From: Octopus bimaculoides | Lineage: Eukaryota | Direction: 5' to 3' | Length of the DNA: 64,000 nucleotides | Assembly (NCBI RefSeq): GCF_001194135.2 | Contig: NC_068981.1 | Coordinates: 76,913,899-76,977,898, forward strand | Shown here: positions 1 through 12,074 of the stretch, one piece after another | Layout: each line of letters starts with the position of its first letter | Position numbering within the stretch: position 1 is the stretch's first letter | Program-made: the position numbers and the translations under genes | Notes under the pieces: generated by a model | Told to the model about the DNA's origin: nothing | Databases searched by the model: none | What the model saw: the letters and a program-made list of their open reading frames with translations, nothing else

Positions 1-43
1 TATATATATATATACACATATATACATATATACATATATAAAT

Positions 44-75
<32 letters not shown>

Positions 76-126
76 TGAGTGAGTGAGTGAGATATGCATG
101 TATGCACATATATATATATATATATA
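1..126. repeat. Compound (TA)n/(GA)n/(GAGT)n microsatellite
   Basis: Directly visible simple repeats. Confidence 0.95.
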
Positions 127-738
127 TTAGGTCGTCAAGTATGAAATTTGTAGTAAGGTATATGGTAAACTTTTACAGTTGCTCATTTTGCTCCATTGTA
201 TATTATTTGTTAGAATGCTGACACGTATTTCTTTATTCTATCTCATTCTGCTCTTTATGAATTATTTATATATCGTTTTTTTGCTATTTATATTTAGAGA
301 TGGATAAGTCGGAAATTCGTACAGTTTTGAAATATGAGTTCCCTCTTGGAAATACAGCATCACAGACAACTCGGAATATCAACGGAGTATTTCATTCTAA
401 TGTTATGACACAGCAGAAAGTATCAAATTGATTTGCAAAATTTCGTTCTGGTAAATTTGACCTCATAAATAATCACGCGGTTGACCAGAAACAAAGATAG
501 ATGATGACGAACTGAATGCCACCGTCGAGTCAGATCCATATGAAAGTGCCCGTGAATTATTGTTGTTGTTTGGTGTTAGCAACCAAACAATATTGACTGA
601 CCTAGTTCAAGTCGATAAAGTGAGGAAGCTGGATAAGTGGGTTCCACATGAACTCAATGAAAATTCAGAAACAGCAACGTTTGGAATCCTGCGTTATGCT
701 ACTTACTCGTCACAAAAATGAATCATCTTTAATCGAGT
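127..738 (+). mobile_element. Mariner (Tc1/mariner) transposon, 5' half: left TIR plus decayed transposase N-terminus
   Basis: TA followed by TTAGGTCGTCAAGTATGAAA resembles a mariner ITR start. ATG at 300 reads MDKSEIRTVLKYEF..GNTASQTTRNIN..F..KFRSGKFDL, with the WVPHEL motif at 638-655. Stops and frameshifts present; ends at (TA)n and a gap. Confidence 0.9.
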
Positions 739-1204
739 TATATATATATATATATATATATATATATNNNNNNNNNNNNNNNNNNNNNNNNNNNNNNNNN
801 NNNNNNNNNNNNNNNNNNNNNNNNNNNNNNNNNNNNNNNNNNNNNNNNNNNNNNNNNNNNTAATTATAAAATCTGGTAATTAGTCATATATTAATTAATA
901 TCGATTAATTATCAGGAGGCCAGCACATCTAAAGAATCAAAGAGATTCAGAAATATTATCTGCAATCTCAGGAGATTAAGGTACATTCTAAAAAATAACG
1001 TCGACCACTAACGTGGACAATTAATGCGCTAGAAATAGATCACATCTTGTGTCTATTAAGACCTAAATTGTTCTCAACATGAAATATATATATATATATA
1101 TATTTATGTATGTATGTATATATGTATGTGTATATATATATACATAGATATACATATATATATACGTATGTATATATATGTGCATGTATGTGTGTTTATA
1201 TAAG

Positions 1205-1235
<31 letters not shown>

Positions 1236-1800
1236 GGGAGAATATACAAATAATAACAACAGACGAGGACAGGTGGTGTAAATAACAAAAGGATATATTA
1301 GTATGACGCTCGGGAATACGGAAAGTCTTTGACGTTTCGAGCTACGCTCTTCAACAGAAAGAATACGGAGACAAGGAGAAAAACACAGAGAAAAAAAATT
1401 GAATAGTGTTCAATCAACGGTCAATCATATATATATATATATATATATGAAGGGGGGCAAAGAAAAGATTAGACGTAGTCGTGCTGCTGGCAGAAAATAT
1501 ATCAAATAAAATGTGTAACTATGCTAGCCGTACAACGGAATAAGTGATTCAGAATGGTAGTGGCGCTTTTATCGATAGTGGGTGGGGATGAAAAACAAAC
1601 TAAGTTGCCGGAAGGTCTTGAGCAACTTATTCACATTTGAGCAGAGGAATATATTTCCATTCTCTCTCCATCTTAGTAGCAGGGACATACATAATTTGTA
1701 TGTTTACTGTTTTGGTAGTGGAGAATTAATGTACATGTTTACACTCTAATTCGTTGAAACCTTAAGGGTTCATTATTTGAGTATTTTTTCCTAGGAGAAT
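1236..1800 (-). mobile_element. Probable Penelope-like element 3' terminal region (pLTR-type)
   Basis: Contains a hammerhead-type fold at 1326-1362 and ends in a (TA)n tail on the minus strand. No clear ORF; family assignment is inference. Confidence 0.45.
1326..1362 (-). ncRNA. Minimal type I hammerhead ribozyme variant (CUGUUGA core, extra A)
   Basis: Minus strand reads TCTTT-CTGTTGA-A-GAGC GTA GCTC-GAAA-CGT-C-AAAGA: 5-bp stem I, 4-bp stem II, palindromic ACGT stem III and a GUC cleavage triplet. Confidence 0.6.
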
Positions 1801-1803
1801 CTA

Positions 1804-2180
1804 ATTTGCATACTTATCTTGTATACTGCTGGTTTCTAATTTGCATACTTAAGCTATTTTTAGGGAGAAGGTTATTTGCATACTGCCCCTTTTTGGTAGT
1901 AGCATCTTGTTCCCATAATTATTCTCTTAGTTGCAGGTACATCATTTCCATAATTAACTTCTCGGTATCGTTGACATCATTTACATACTTACTTTCGTAG
2001 TAACAGTGTCCTCATTAGCATATTGAAGTTATTAATATTGGGAATCTCATTTGCGCAATTAGCAGCCTTTCGCTTAGTATGGAACTAATTTGTACAGTTA
2101 CTTGTCAGAAGCGAATATTTACTCTTTTGGCCGTGTTGACTTCATTTACATATTAATCCTATTAGTAGCTGGTACCTCAT
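1804..2180. repeat. Degenerate 35-bp minisatellite anchored on ATTTGCAT(A)
   Basis: Octamer or near-octamer at 1804, 1839, 1874, 1909, 1944, 1979, 2014 and 2049 (exact 35-bp spacing), then irregular copies at 2088, 2117 and 2144. Confidence 0.8.
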
Positions 2181-2284
2181 CACAATGAAACCAAATAGTG
2201 CAATAGATTTTAACCAGCGCTCCACAGATTCAGATAAGAAATTGTTTCTAGATATATGGCTATTGATAAAACATTAACTGTTAT

Positions 2285-2500
2285 GAATATATATATAGAT
2301 ATATATATATATATATATATAGACAGACAGATTAGACGGACAGACAGACAGACAGACTGACAGATAGATAGATAGATAGATAGATAGATACATACATACA
2401 TACATACATACATACATACATACATACAGACAGACAGACATACATATGTATTGTATGTATGTATGTATGTATGTATGTATGTATGTATGTATGTATGTAT
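2285..2500. repeat. Compound microsatellite (TA)n(GACA)n(GATA)n(CATA)n(TATG)n
   Basis: Directly visible. Confidence 0.95.
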
Positions 2501-3834
2501 CAACTAAAATTTGTAATGACAGCACAATACTTTATTTGTTATCACTATTTGCTTAAAAAATGTATTCTACTACAAAACTATCTTTTAGCGAGTTGGTCAT
2601 AGGGAACAGGCCGATCCCGTCATCATCCTCAGATCAGATAAAAGACCTGAACCATATACTTCCAGGTGAGAGGACACCGTCAAAGAGACCTGCTGATCAT
2701 AAGGTGTATTAATTGAGGCGTTGGATTAGACATACTAGAGAAGGAGAAGTACTGTTTCTCCGATATTCCCGTATTATAATCTGTCTACGTAATGGTTCGA
2801 AATGTACTATGATATAAAATACTTGCCCAAGGAGTCATGGATCGGGGTAGAATCCAGTTTGAATTTCTTACGTAGTATACATTAATTTCAAACAATGATT
2901 GTATATGTGTGCATTCAACCGACAGAAACATTTTCCATAAATCATTGCCAAACGTCTTTTAAAAACTAAATAAGCTATGCCGTGTTCCTGCAGTGAACAT
3001 TTCTTTGAGATATACACTAAGGAGAAATACTTTTTGTTTTTTACATGAAAGCCACAGAACCGGTTGATCAAAATCGATTCATTTAATTAGGTGCAGCAGT
3101 GAAATCGAGTCCCAACTTTCTAGCATTACCAGGGTTATCTAACAAAACTAAAGTAAACAATTTGAAAACTGCAATTCTATAGATCCTGACGCCAAGACGA
3201 ATAATAAAGCAACAATATGCCAAAACACGGTGTTAAACTTTGATCAAAAACGGGTATCAGTTTCAAATATGTAATCCAACAAAGGTATTGAATTCTCTTC
3301 TACTTTGTTGTATTACGATGTACGCATTAACACTCGCTCACTACAAGCTATATTCGCATTTGTGCGTGCGTGTGTGTGTCTATATTTTTCTTTCAACATT
3401 TCTGTGGCGTAAAACAGATCAATTAGTCCAGGCTTACCATGTCTCACAGATCCTCATACTATCTTTTATAGCATGCTAGATGACAGGTGTTTGCTAGCTC
3501 CTGGCGCAATCTTCGAACGGATTTTAGTGGCAAAGTAAAATGAGTTCAGTGGTGGCTGACCCTTTTTGATATTGCAGCTGGTCGACTATGAAAGAATGAC
3601 AGACAAATGCAGAACTGGTTACATTGGGTGACTGATACTTCATTTATCAACGCTGTAATTTTGAGAGACGAAGTTGACATCGATTGTATATTAAATCAAA
3701 ACGCAAAGAGACGGAAAATTTCCATCATGAATGTTGTATAATATCATAATTAGTTTGTCAATGGACAGCTCTACCAAAATTTAGATAGATACAAACACAT
3801 ACGCATACATGCATATACACACAAATACACACAC

Positions 3835-3924
<90 letters not shown>

Positions 3925-4427
3925 ATGTATGTGTGTATATATATACACAAAATAACAACAGATGAATTCGCTCACTACAACTGTTTCAGACATTTTTCTT
4001 TTTTTTTTTTTTCGCATGATTCTATTCACCAATAAAAATTTCGTCTAAAGCAGCGTTAGTGAGTGAACCACAATCCACATCTTGTTACTTGTTTATCATT
4101 CACCTTACACCGATCCTGCAATTTGCATGGATCTGAAGTGTATTGAGTGCAGTACAATTACTGTAGTGTTTTTACCCATGTGCAGCCTTGTACGGCCTTG
4201 TATATTCAGTCGGTCGTTTGTGTTTGCTCATAAAACTTGAAGATACAACCATGTTTACCTTAGTAAATACGTATTTGTTCCCCAAATATTGTTTATTCGC
4301 GATAGCGATTTCAATGACTAACTTGGTGCTTTACAGTCTAAGGGCTTGATTCGCTTCAATCCTGAACCTATATGTATATATATATATGTATGTGTATATA
4401 TATGTATATGTGTATATACATATATAT

Positions 4428-4566
4428 ATTTTAAATCAAAGTTGGACCTCTTCCTATCGAGAGTCCCAGATGAACCTACCTCGCGGCAGGAGGTGCAAAT
4501 GAGGGTTGCTAAATCAAACTCCATTCTTCACCAAGTGCCACATATTGTAAGAGGCTCCCTGTAATA
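4428..4566 (+). mobile_element. CR1-like LINE, extreme 3' coding end
   Basis: Reads FKSKLDLFLSRVPDEPTSRQEVQMRVAKSNSILHQV, matching the FK..LD.FL..VPD.P...RAA.SNS C-terminus typical of CR1/L2-group ORF2. Confidence 0.6.
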
Positions 4567-4618
4567 NNNNNNNNNNNNNNNNNNNNNNNNNNNNNNNNNN
4601 NNNNNNNNNNNNNNNNNN

Positions 4619-5205
4619 AATTTATATAAATAAAGATTAGATCGATATTTAAATACCGATTTTATCAAGTGGCCAGCATAGGAATAAAAACCATCACAGG
4701 TAATAATCAATTAAAATTATAATTTAGGGTATCTAAGAGATACCACTACGCTGTAAATAGCGGGCAAAGCTTGACTCTAAAACCACGATAAATGTTCATA
4801 TAGCACCAGGAGAGAAGACGAAGCGACAACATAAACAGGCAAAAATTACTGGATAGCTCCAGATCCCGAATTTCTTGCTCTGCATAAGAAATGCTTTGCC
4901 TCATCAGTGGAATATAATCAGAAAAGCACATAAATACAAATATATATATATACAACATATGACATACTTCCATATACGAATGTATACATACATATATATG
5001 CACGTATGCACATGACTAGTTTAAATTGCCCGCCTAAAAACTCCTACTGCAATATAGTCAGAATGTAAATATAATGACGAAATAAATATATAAATTTATA
5101 TAAATAAGGATAAGATCGATATTTAAATACCCATTTTATCAAGTGGCGAGCATAGGAATAAAAACCATCGAAGGTAATTATTTAAAGTTATAATTTAGTG
5201 TATAC
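4619..5205 (-). mobile_element. Non-coding unit (period about 474 bp) bounded by about 113-bp direct repeats, with an internal hammerhead (PLE pLTR or retrozyme-like)
   Basis: 4619-4732 and 5093-5205 align closely (AATTTATATAAATAA.GAT.AGATCGATATTTAAATACC...TTATAATTTAG). HHR fold at 4858-4911. Confidence 0.6.
4858..4911 (-). ncRNA. Type I hammerhead ribozyme, partly decayed
   Basis: Minus strand reads TCCA-CTGATGA-GGCAAA GCAT TTCTT ATGC AGAGCAA-GAAA-TTCGGGA-TC-TGGA. Core is perfect, stem I is 4 bp, triplet is AUC; the base of stem II is mispaired. Confidence 0.55.
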
Positions 5206-5311
5206 ACATATATATNNNNNNNNNNNNNNNNNNNNNNNNNNNNNNNNNNNNNNNNNNNNNNNNNNNNNNNNNNNNNNNNNNNNNNNNNNNNATATATATA
5301 TATATATGTGA

Positions 5312-5359
<48 letters not shown>

Positions 5360-5403
5360 AGAAAGGGAGACAGACACTTATATGTGTGTGCGTGTGTGTG
5401 TAG

Positions 5404-6261
5404 AGGGGCCACCTCCAATGACACGCAAATAATGAGCGGTGTTCCGCAAAGGCGGGACCACCACTGTCCATAATGGGTCTCTCAGATATGCCCTCAGCCA
5501 CACACAAAGCCATGATCACAAGTTTTGCACATAATACAAATGTCTCACAGATGATACAGAGCCCTGAAGACGTTATGCACCTGCAATGTGAGTTGGATGG
5601 AATATACAAGTGGGCTGAGAAGAATAGTATGCAGTTTAACGCTGAAACATTTCAAGCCTTGTGCTATCAGCAGGCAAAACTAAATACAATACTAATTAAT
5701 TCACTGGACCAGGAGGGATTGCAATATCAGAGACAGTCAGAGCGAGACCTAGGCATTTACATGAGTAATGATGCATCCTTGCATGTGCATGTTATTAAGT
5801 TGGCAATGAAATTCAGGCGGTTGACAGGGTGGACTCTTAGAACTTTTAGAACGAGAGATCAGGAGACCATGATGGTCATCTGGAGTACTCTTGTCCTAAG
5901 CCGCTTTGACTATTGCTCCCAGCTATGTTCACCAACCAGTGAAATAATTGAAGAACTTGAGGCAATCCTGCGAGCTACACGAAGATGGAATCTATGCATC
6001 ATATAATCTATTCGGAAAGACTCAAGAGATTGAGACTCTTTTCTTTAGAGCGTAGGCGGGAAAGATATGCCATAATGTACATCTGGAAGATCCTAGAACA
6101 GGGCGCCACTGCATAGTGCCAAAGACTCTAACTTTGCCATCAAGATATAGGATAAGATATTGGAACAGCCCGAGCTTTAAACTCCCACATCTCTTCAATA
6201 TCCTCCTGAAGGACACGAGAGACTTACATGAGGTGGATGTAAGTGTCTTCAAAATGAAACT
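5404..6261 (+). mobile_element. CR1-like LINE reverse transcriptase, decayed 3' fragment
   Basis: SGVPQ, ITSFAHNT (degenerate FADDT), LQCELDGIYKWAEKNSMQFN, ERDLGI, LVLSRFDYCSQL, then RRERYAIMYIWKILE and HLFNILPEGHE..H in shifted frames. Confidence 0.85.
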
Positions 6262-7279
6262 ATATATATATATATATATACAATGAGAGAAAGAGAGAGA
6301 GAGAGGAAGAGGGAAACAAAGACTGATGGACGATAGATAGATGGGTAGATAGATACGAAAGACTGAATAAAAGGTTCATTGCAACGAATCGAATATTTAT
6401 CTCGAAGTTTCATCGCACGTGCGCACACATACGTGTTTGTGTGTATGTATTGCGCGCATGTGTGTGTGTGTGTGTGTGTGTGCGTCCGTGCGTCCGTGCG
6501 TGCGTGTTCGCGCGTTTCTTTGTATGTCTATTTGTGGTCGTAGTACGAATAAAATCTCTGCTTCAAAGAATTATATCGTGAAATTTATTGATCTATCAAT
6601 ATAATATTTCTTTCCATTAAACTTGGACTTAACTTTGTTTCCTTACGAGTTCAATTCTATAAAATATGCATCAAAGTACGGAATCGTTGTCATTGACTAA
6701 CAAAATACAGAGGTAAAAGAAACAATACAGCTGTAAATCCATTGGCAGAAATTATTTAAAGAATAAAGTCATGAACGAACATGTGACATACATAAAATGT
6801 TAGACTCTTCATGTCGTACCAAGTCATTTGCTTTTGTCTATTTATTTCTAAAAGCTGAGCTACTAAATGATGAAATTCAAACTTTCAATGCCGTTAGCCA
6901 TAATAACGTTTAAAAGTTAACAATTATGCTTTCACTAGCATGCGAAGCTGAGTATAGCTCCGTAAGACATGGGTTCATCATAAGATATGCCACGTGAAAC
7001 CGAATTTCCAATCTTGATTATCCAACGCAATGGAGCATTGACGCATTTATTTTTCGTGGTTTGGTGAGAGAACGGGGATCAGTGTTCATATGATTGTTAT
7101 ATTGGATCAGTGACATTGGAGCTAACCGTGAGGAGAACTTGATATCCTGAAAAAGGAGACCTAGTTTAAATACTTGCAATGAATTCTGCTAAGAAGGCAC
7201 AAGATATAGGTGATGGTACTAACCCGGCCAATGTAATTTCTCTACAGTTCACAACCAGCACATTTACATAAGCCTTCTT

Positions 7280-7413
7280 TTTCTTTCTTTCTTCCTTTCT
7301 TTCTTTTTCTTTCTTTTTCTTCTTCTTCTTTTTCTTCTTCTTCTTTTTCTTCTTCTTCTTCTTCTTCTTCTTCTTCTTCTTCTTCCTCCTCCTCCTCCTC
7401 CTCCTCCTCCTCC
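7280..7413. repeat. (TTC)n/(TCC)n tract, probable tail of the adjacent RTE LINE
   Basis: Directly visible; abuts the 3' end of the minus-strand RTE fragment. Confidence 0.9.
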
Positions 7414-7920
7414 AAGGAGAGTATAGGACGCGAACAAGAGATACCCATCTGTTTTGATCTTTGTACTGAAGTTTCCATCAATGCTTCCGTTTCTGTAAAC
7501 CTTCAACACTCTTTTAGTTTGCCAAGTTTCCGCTTCCCTTGGGATGTCCATCGGTTGCCTTACCTTGTAAAGTTAGAAACGTGTTTCCGTAGAATATATT
7601 GGCCCAACCTACTCTATTTACTGCTCTTGATATCCTAACAAGTATATCCAGCGATCTGTGACATATCATCATCACTAAACCACAGAAAAGAGCTTATTCT
7701 CACGTTTAAAATACATTTAATCATGGTTCTGCTTGATTAGTTATGATCTACTTCCAAACAACAGCTACATCGACACCACTAAAAACACCAGTGCACTATT
7801 GAGTATAGCAATCAAGTTCCGAACCAAACGGGAGACCTTTGTGTGGTTGTTTTCCCCTTCTAGAAATAACAGCGAAATGTTCACTTTACAATCTACTCTT
7901 TTAAAGAAAAGAAAGTCACC
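7414..7920 (-). mobile_element. RTE-clade LINE, decayed 3' end
   Basis: Minus strand reads RLGQYILRKH..NFTR..RWTSQGKRKLG, resembling the RTE C-terminus WLGHILRK..TR.AL.W.P.GKR..GRP, followed by a (GGA)n(GAA)n tail. Confidence 0.6.
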
Positions 7921-8599
7921 TTGAATGATATACTCCTAGATACACATAAACGAAAATGTATAAACAAAAGCATTATCTTCACGACTTGAACGTCTTCGCT
8001 ATTGAGCATATTTTTTGCCCGATCAAGACTAAACTGGGACTAAAGAACTACAATAATAACAAACACTGAATAATTACCTTTTGAATTTATCATTGAAGTT
8101 TCAAGTAGTTTAGATAAACACATCATTAACAACAAATTCAGAACTTGGGTCGTTGTTTCTCTGTTAATTGTAAAACTGTCAATAGATGATGCAATTCAAA
8201 ATATATTGACAGTGGTTGCAACTCAATCTAAGCATTTCTTAATTAGTTGTATTTTTTCTTTTATTTTTTTCAGTTTTTAAATACTACTTTTCAAATGATT
8301 CACAGAATAATCTTTATTTCTGTTCTCTTTTTTTTTTTTATATAATGTATTGATTTGATTAAATTTTAGTTTTCTACGATGGGAGGTTCTGTTAGAATTT
8401 TTTTTATTTTAAAATACTAGTTCTATGTGTTTATTATGTATGTATAGTTTTAAATTTTTATTTTTCAAAAAGTATATTGAGATTGTTTTTCTGTTTATTT
8501 TCTCTCTTTATTCTCCTTTTTATTTTCATAAAATATTGAGTTTCGTTTATTTCAATTTACTGTCCAAAACTAATGAGACACTCACTCATCAACTACAAC

Positions 8600-8850
8600 A
8601 ACAAGAACATTAACGCTGCTGCAGCCACCATCCCCGCTGCTGCTGCTCCTTTTGATGATGATGATGATGAGGAGGATGATGATGATGCTGATGATGATGA
8701 AGATGATGACGACGACGACGACGACAATGATGATGACGTTGATGATGATGACGATGATGATGATGATGAGGACGATGACGGCGATAACAACGCTCTTGAT
8801 AACGATGATGACAGTGTAGGTGATTGTAGTAATGGTGATGAGAACAATAA
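8600..8850. repeat. (GAT)n/(GAC)n/(GCT)n trinucleotide low-complexity tract
   Basis: Directly visible; the poly-D and poly-S ORFs derive from it. Confidence 0.9.
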
Positions 8851-9967
8851 TCCTACCGACATTGCTACAAAGTTACACATTTCTAGGGAGTGTCAGAGTA
8901 GATGAATGGAACTTAATCGACGTTATGTAGCTGAACCGCAAAGCCGAGCGTGGTAGATTTGAATTCTGGTGGTAAAGGGACGTAAATGACTGACAGAAGC
9001 CATTTAGTTGCTCAACGAATTCTTTGTTTACTTTACAAAAGCATAACAATATTAAACATCTATCTACGTGATTACTCTATCTACAATAATTAACAACTGA
9101 ATCTTTCCCAATTTACATTCAACAGATTCAAAACTGTAAAGACTCACTGGATGACGTCAAAATAGATTTATCATACCTCAAAACAAAAGGGGGAAATCGA
9201 TGAGATAGTATTAATCGAAACGATTTTGAACATTAATGTTTGAAGAGCTCTGGCCAGGGATGAAACAGCATAAAGCACAAAACACTATGCTGAGAATAGC
9301 ATAAATGTTAATGACATAGATACTAATGACATAAATAGCAATAATGATAATCTACACACAACACCATCAGTTTTTGAAGGAAGGAAATGATCGGGTACTA
9401 TAATCTGCAGTACTTAACCGCTACTCCATTCCAAAAGAATGAAAAGTAAAATTAACTCCGGTGACTTCAAAATCAGGATGAGCCAGAATAAATACAGCCA
9501 TTGACTCTTTTCAATGCTCTATTGATCATGTGAATTCAGTACCTAGGAATATTTGTCACAAATTTAATCGGAACTTAACAGAGACAGGCAACAGTGTGTC
9601 ATTTTTCCAAAGGACATCAAAGAACAGAAAAAAATGAAATAAACGGATATACAGCAAATGGCTGTGTGATTAAAGTCCGCGGAACACATTTTCAATTTTC
9701 CACCACAAACAAAAACGAGCAAAGATCATATCTGAAGTCTATATCTATCTCTCTATATATATGTGTGTATGTCATAGTTCAGTTTTACGTCAATATTTCT
9801 TGCCAATAAAGACCCCTTTCTAGCCTAGATCCTTCATTAGAATTTCAACATCGACAACAGAGTACTTTTGTTTGTTTGTATGTATGTATATGTTTAAATT
9901 TGTATGTTTTATTTTATGTATGTTTTCTCATGCATATAATTGCATATCTAAGCATGCTCATGTATAT

Positions 9968-11087
9968 TTAAATGATAAATTCTGGAAAGTTTTGCAGATT
10001 TTTACAGTTCCTGTGATGGATTGGATTTGTAGCCTTCGAATTAGTTCTTCCATTCTGGTTTTGTGAAGCCCGATATCTCAACGTTGGTATGTAGGCAGTG
10101 TGTTACATACCACAAGGCCCCAATAATTACAGGTATAAACCTGAATTTGTAATCTGGATAGAGTAACTGCAGATTTCTCAATAGTTCAGCGTAGATATTC
10201 TCTTTTTCAGTGATCTCCAGCTTTATGTTAACATCCGTTGGCTAGCTAATTTCTACAACTGTACACAGTTTCTCTTCTCTATCCCAAATCATTATATCAG
10301 GCCTGTTGTGCTTAAATTTTATTGAGGTTTTCACTGAGACATTACACCAGTACTCCTTTTTATTATGAGTGGCTATGGCTTCTATCATACCGTGAGTTCT
10401 TATTTCTTCGTCGCATTACTTCCGATATTATACTTCATTATAGAGTGTCCTAACTACAACATCATATCTCATCGGTAGATAATACCGCGATGACATTTTT
10501 GGACAACTGCTTATGATGTGGGTGATTTCTTCAGTGTGAACTCCATAAGGTCTGCATCGGTTGTCACATTTTACGGCTTTTCCTGCATCTCTATCCATTT
10601 TGTGTCTCAGGTACTTGGTTGATATTTCCAGTTCTTCGATTGCAAATGCATACCCTTCAGAGTGGGAGGTAGTAATCAGGCTATTGGTCCATGATAAACT
10701 GCTTTGATGATCAATGTTACTATCATCACGGAGCTTTCTAATAACATATCTATGCATAGTCTTCTGCTCATATAAGGTCAACATTTCATCTGATGATACG
10801 TTGCGGTAGAGTCATGTGACTTCTTTGGGTATATATTCGAGATTATCAGACAAGGAATGTTGCTCAAGTGGCTCCCTTCCAAGTCTTATCATGTTATCAA
10901 TCTCACGTATACAAACTTAGACAAAGGATGCACTTCGACACTTGGTTGTTAAAAGATGTTGCCGAAGAGATATGATGCAACATTCAAATACATTTTGGAT
11001 CGATGTTAAGTCTCTACCACCTTGTTTTCGTATTAAAAAGAGGGTGTATACGTCACTATTTATGTGGAAATTATGTGTGCTTGTTGG
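9968..11087 (-). mobile_element. R4/Dong-like non-LTR retrotransposon with restriction-like endonuclease (RLE), 3' part, decayed
   Basis: Post-RT NSDVYTLFLIRKQGGRDLTSIQNVFE; EGYAFAI; degenerate CCHC knuckle RCR..EEITHIISSCPKMSSRYYLPMRYD; RLE KHNRPDIMIWDREEKLCTVVEIS...KENIYAELLRNL...IPVIIGAL. Confidence 0.88.
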
Positions 11088-11123
11088 TATGTATGTATGT
11101 ATGTATGTATATATGTATGTATG

Positions 11124-11160
<37 letters not shown>

Positions 11161-11169
11161 AAACATACA

Positions 11170-11206
<37 letters not shown>

Positions 11207-11209
<3 letters not shown>

Positions 11210-11375
11210 TCGCACGACTCTAACGCAACGTATCATCAGATGAAAGGGTGAGCCTATATGAGCAGAAGACTGTGCTTGGATATGTTGGTAGAAAGTTCCG
11301 AGATGATAGTAATACTGATCATTAAAGCAGTCTATCATTGACCAATAGCCGGATTACTACCTCCCATTTCGAAGG
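11207..11375 (+). mobile_element. Inverted copy of an internal segment (10654-10822) of the adjacent R4-like LINE
   Basis: Matches the reverse complement of 10654-10822 over about 170 bp with scattered substitutions. Confidence 0.85.
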
Positions 11376-11463
11376 TGTGGTAGAGGTGGTGGCGGCATTA
11401 GTGCCGCCAGCAGTGGGCGTAACAGTGGTGTGATTATTTTGCAGTTAATATTCTGTTGATCTC

Positions 11464-11658
11464 GAGGCAGCAAGCTGGCGAAATTGTTAGTAGCCCGGAC
11501 AAAATTTTTAGAGGCGTTTCGTCCGTATTCGTGTTGTGAGTTCAAATTCTTCTGAGGTCGACTTTGCATTTCATGTTTTATTTCAGGTTCGATAATATAA
11601 GTACCAGTCGATGTAATCAACTTAGCCCCTCTCACGAAATCGATGGCCTTGCAGAATT
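11464..11658 (+). mobile_element. tRNA-derived SINE (octopus-type)
   Basis: Head GGCAGCAAGCTGGC..TTGTTAG, B-box-like GAGTTCAAATT, then GAGGTCGACTTTGC...ATAAGTACCAG..GATGTAATC; same family as 47601 and 48266. Confidence 0.8.
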
Positions 11659-12074
11659 TTTAGTCGGTAACACAAGATGTTTAGTGGCATTACTTTCTTT
11701 ACGTTCTGAGTTCAAATTACACCGGGCGCTCTATAAAATAAGTACGTCAAGAATTTAAGTTGAGGGAATAGGGCTACAAGCTCTCTCAAAATTGTTGTCT
11801 AAGTTCTAAAACTCTTTAATGTGTCCGTCGTAGTTCAACTTCGAGCGTCGTCGTTCTAATTTTAAAATTTCCGTCTTCAAGTATTATTTCCATTACTATT
11901 TCTGAAATACTTTAATATTATTTTGACAGCAAATGATTTAAAAGGAGAATCAATATACAGCACAAAAACCATCCACAAAATGTATATTATTTTTCCCATG
12001 TTGTCAGAGATTCAGCAAATCTGACTTAAGCAGAAATTTTAAATGAAAAAAAAAAAAGATTACTAACACTGGCA

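Noticed and set aside
1804-2180. CRISPR-like repeat-spacer appearance
   Set aside because: Eukaryotic context, conserved part only about 12 bp and degenerate, spacers mutually related, no cas genes. Kept as a minisatellite finding instead.
8573-8905. 110-aa Asp-rich ORF
   Set aside because: Derived from (GAT)n/(GAC)n microsatellite; no domain, splice or codon evidence.
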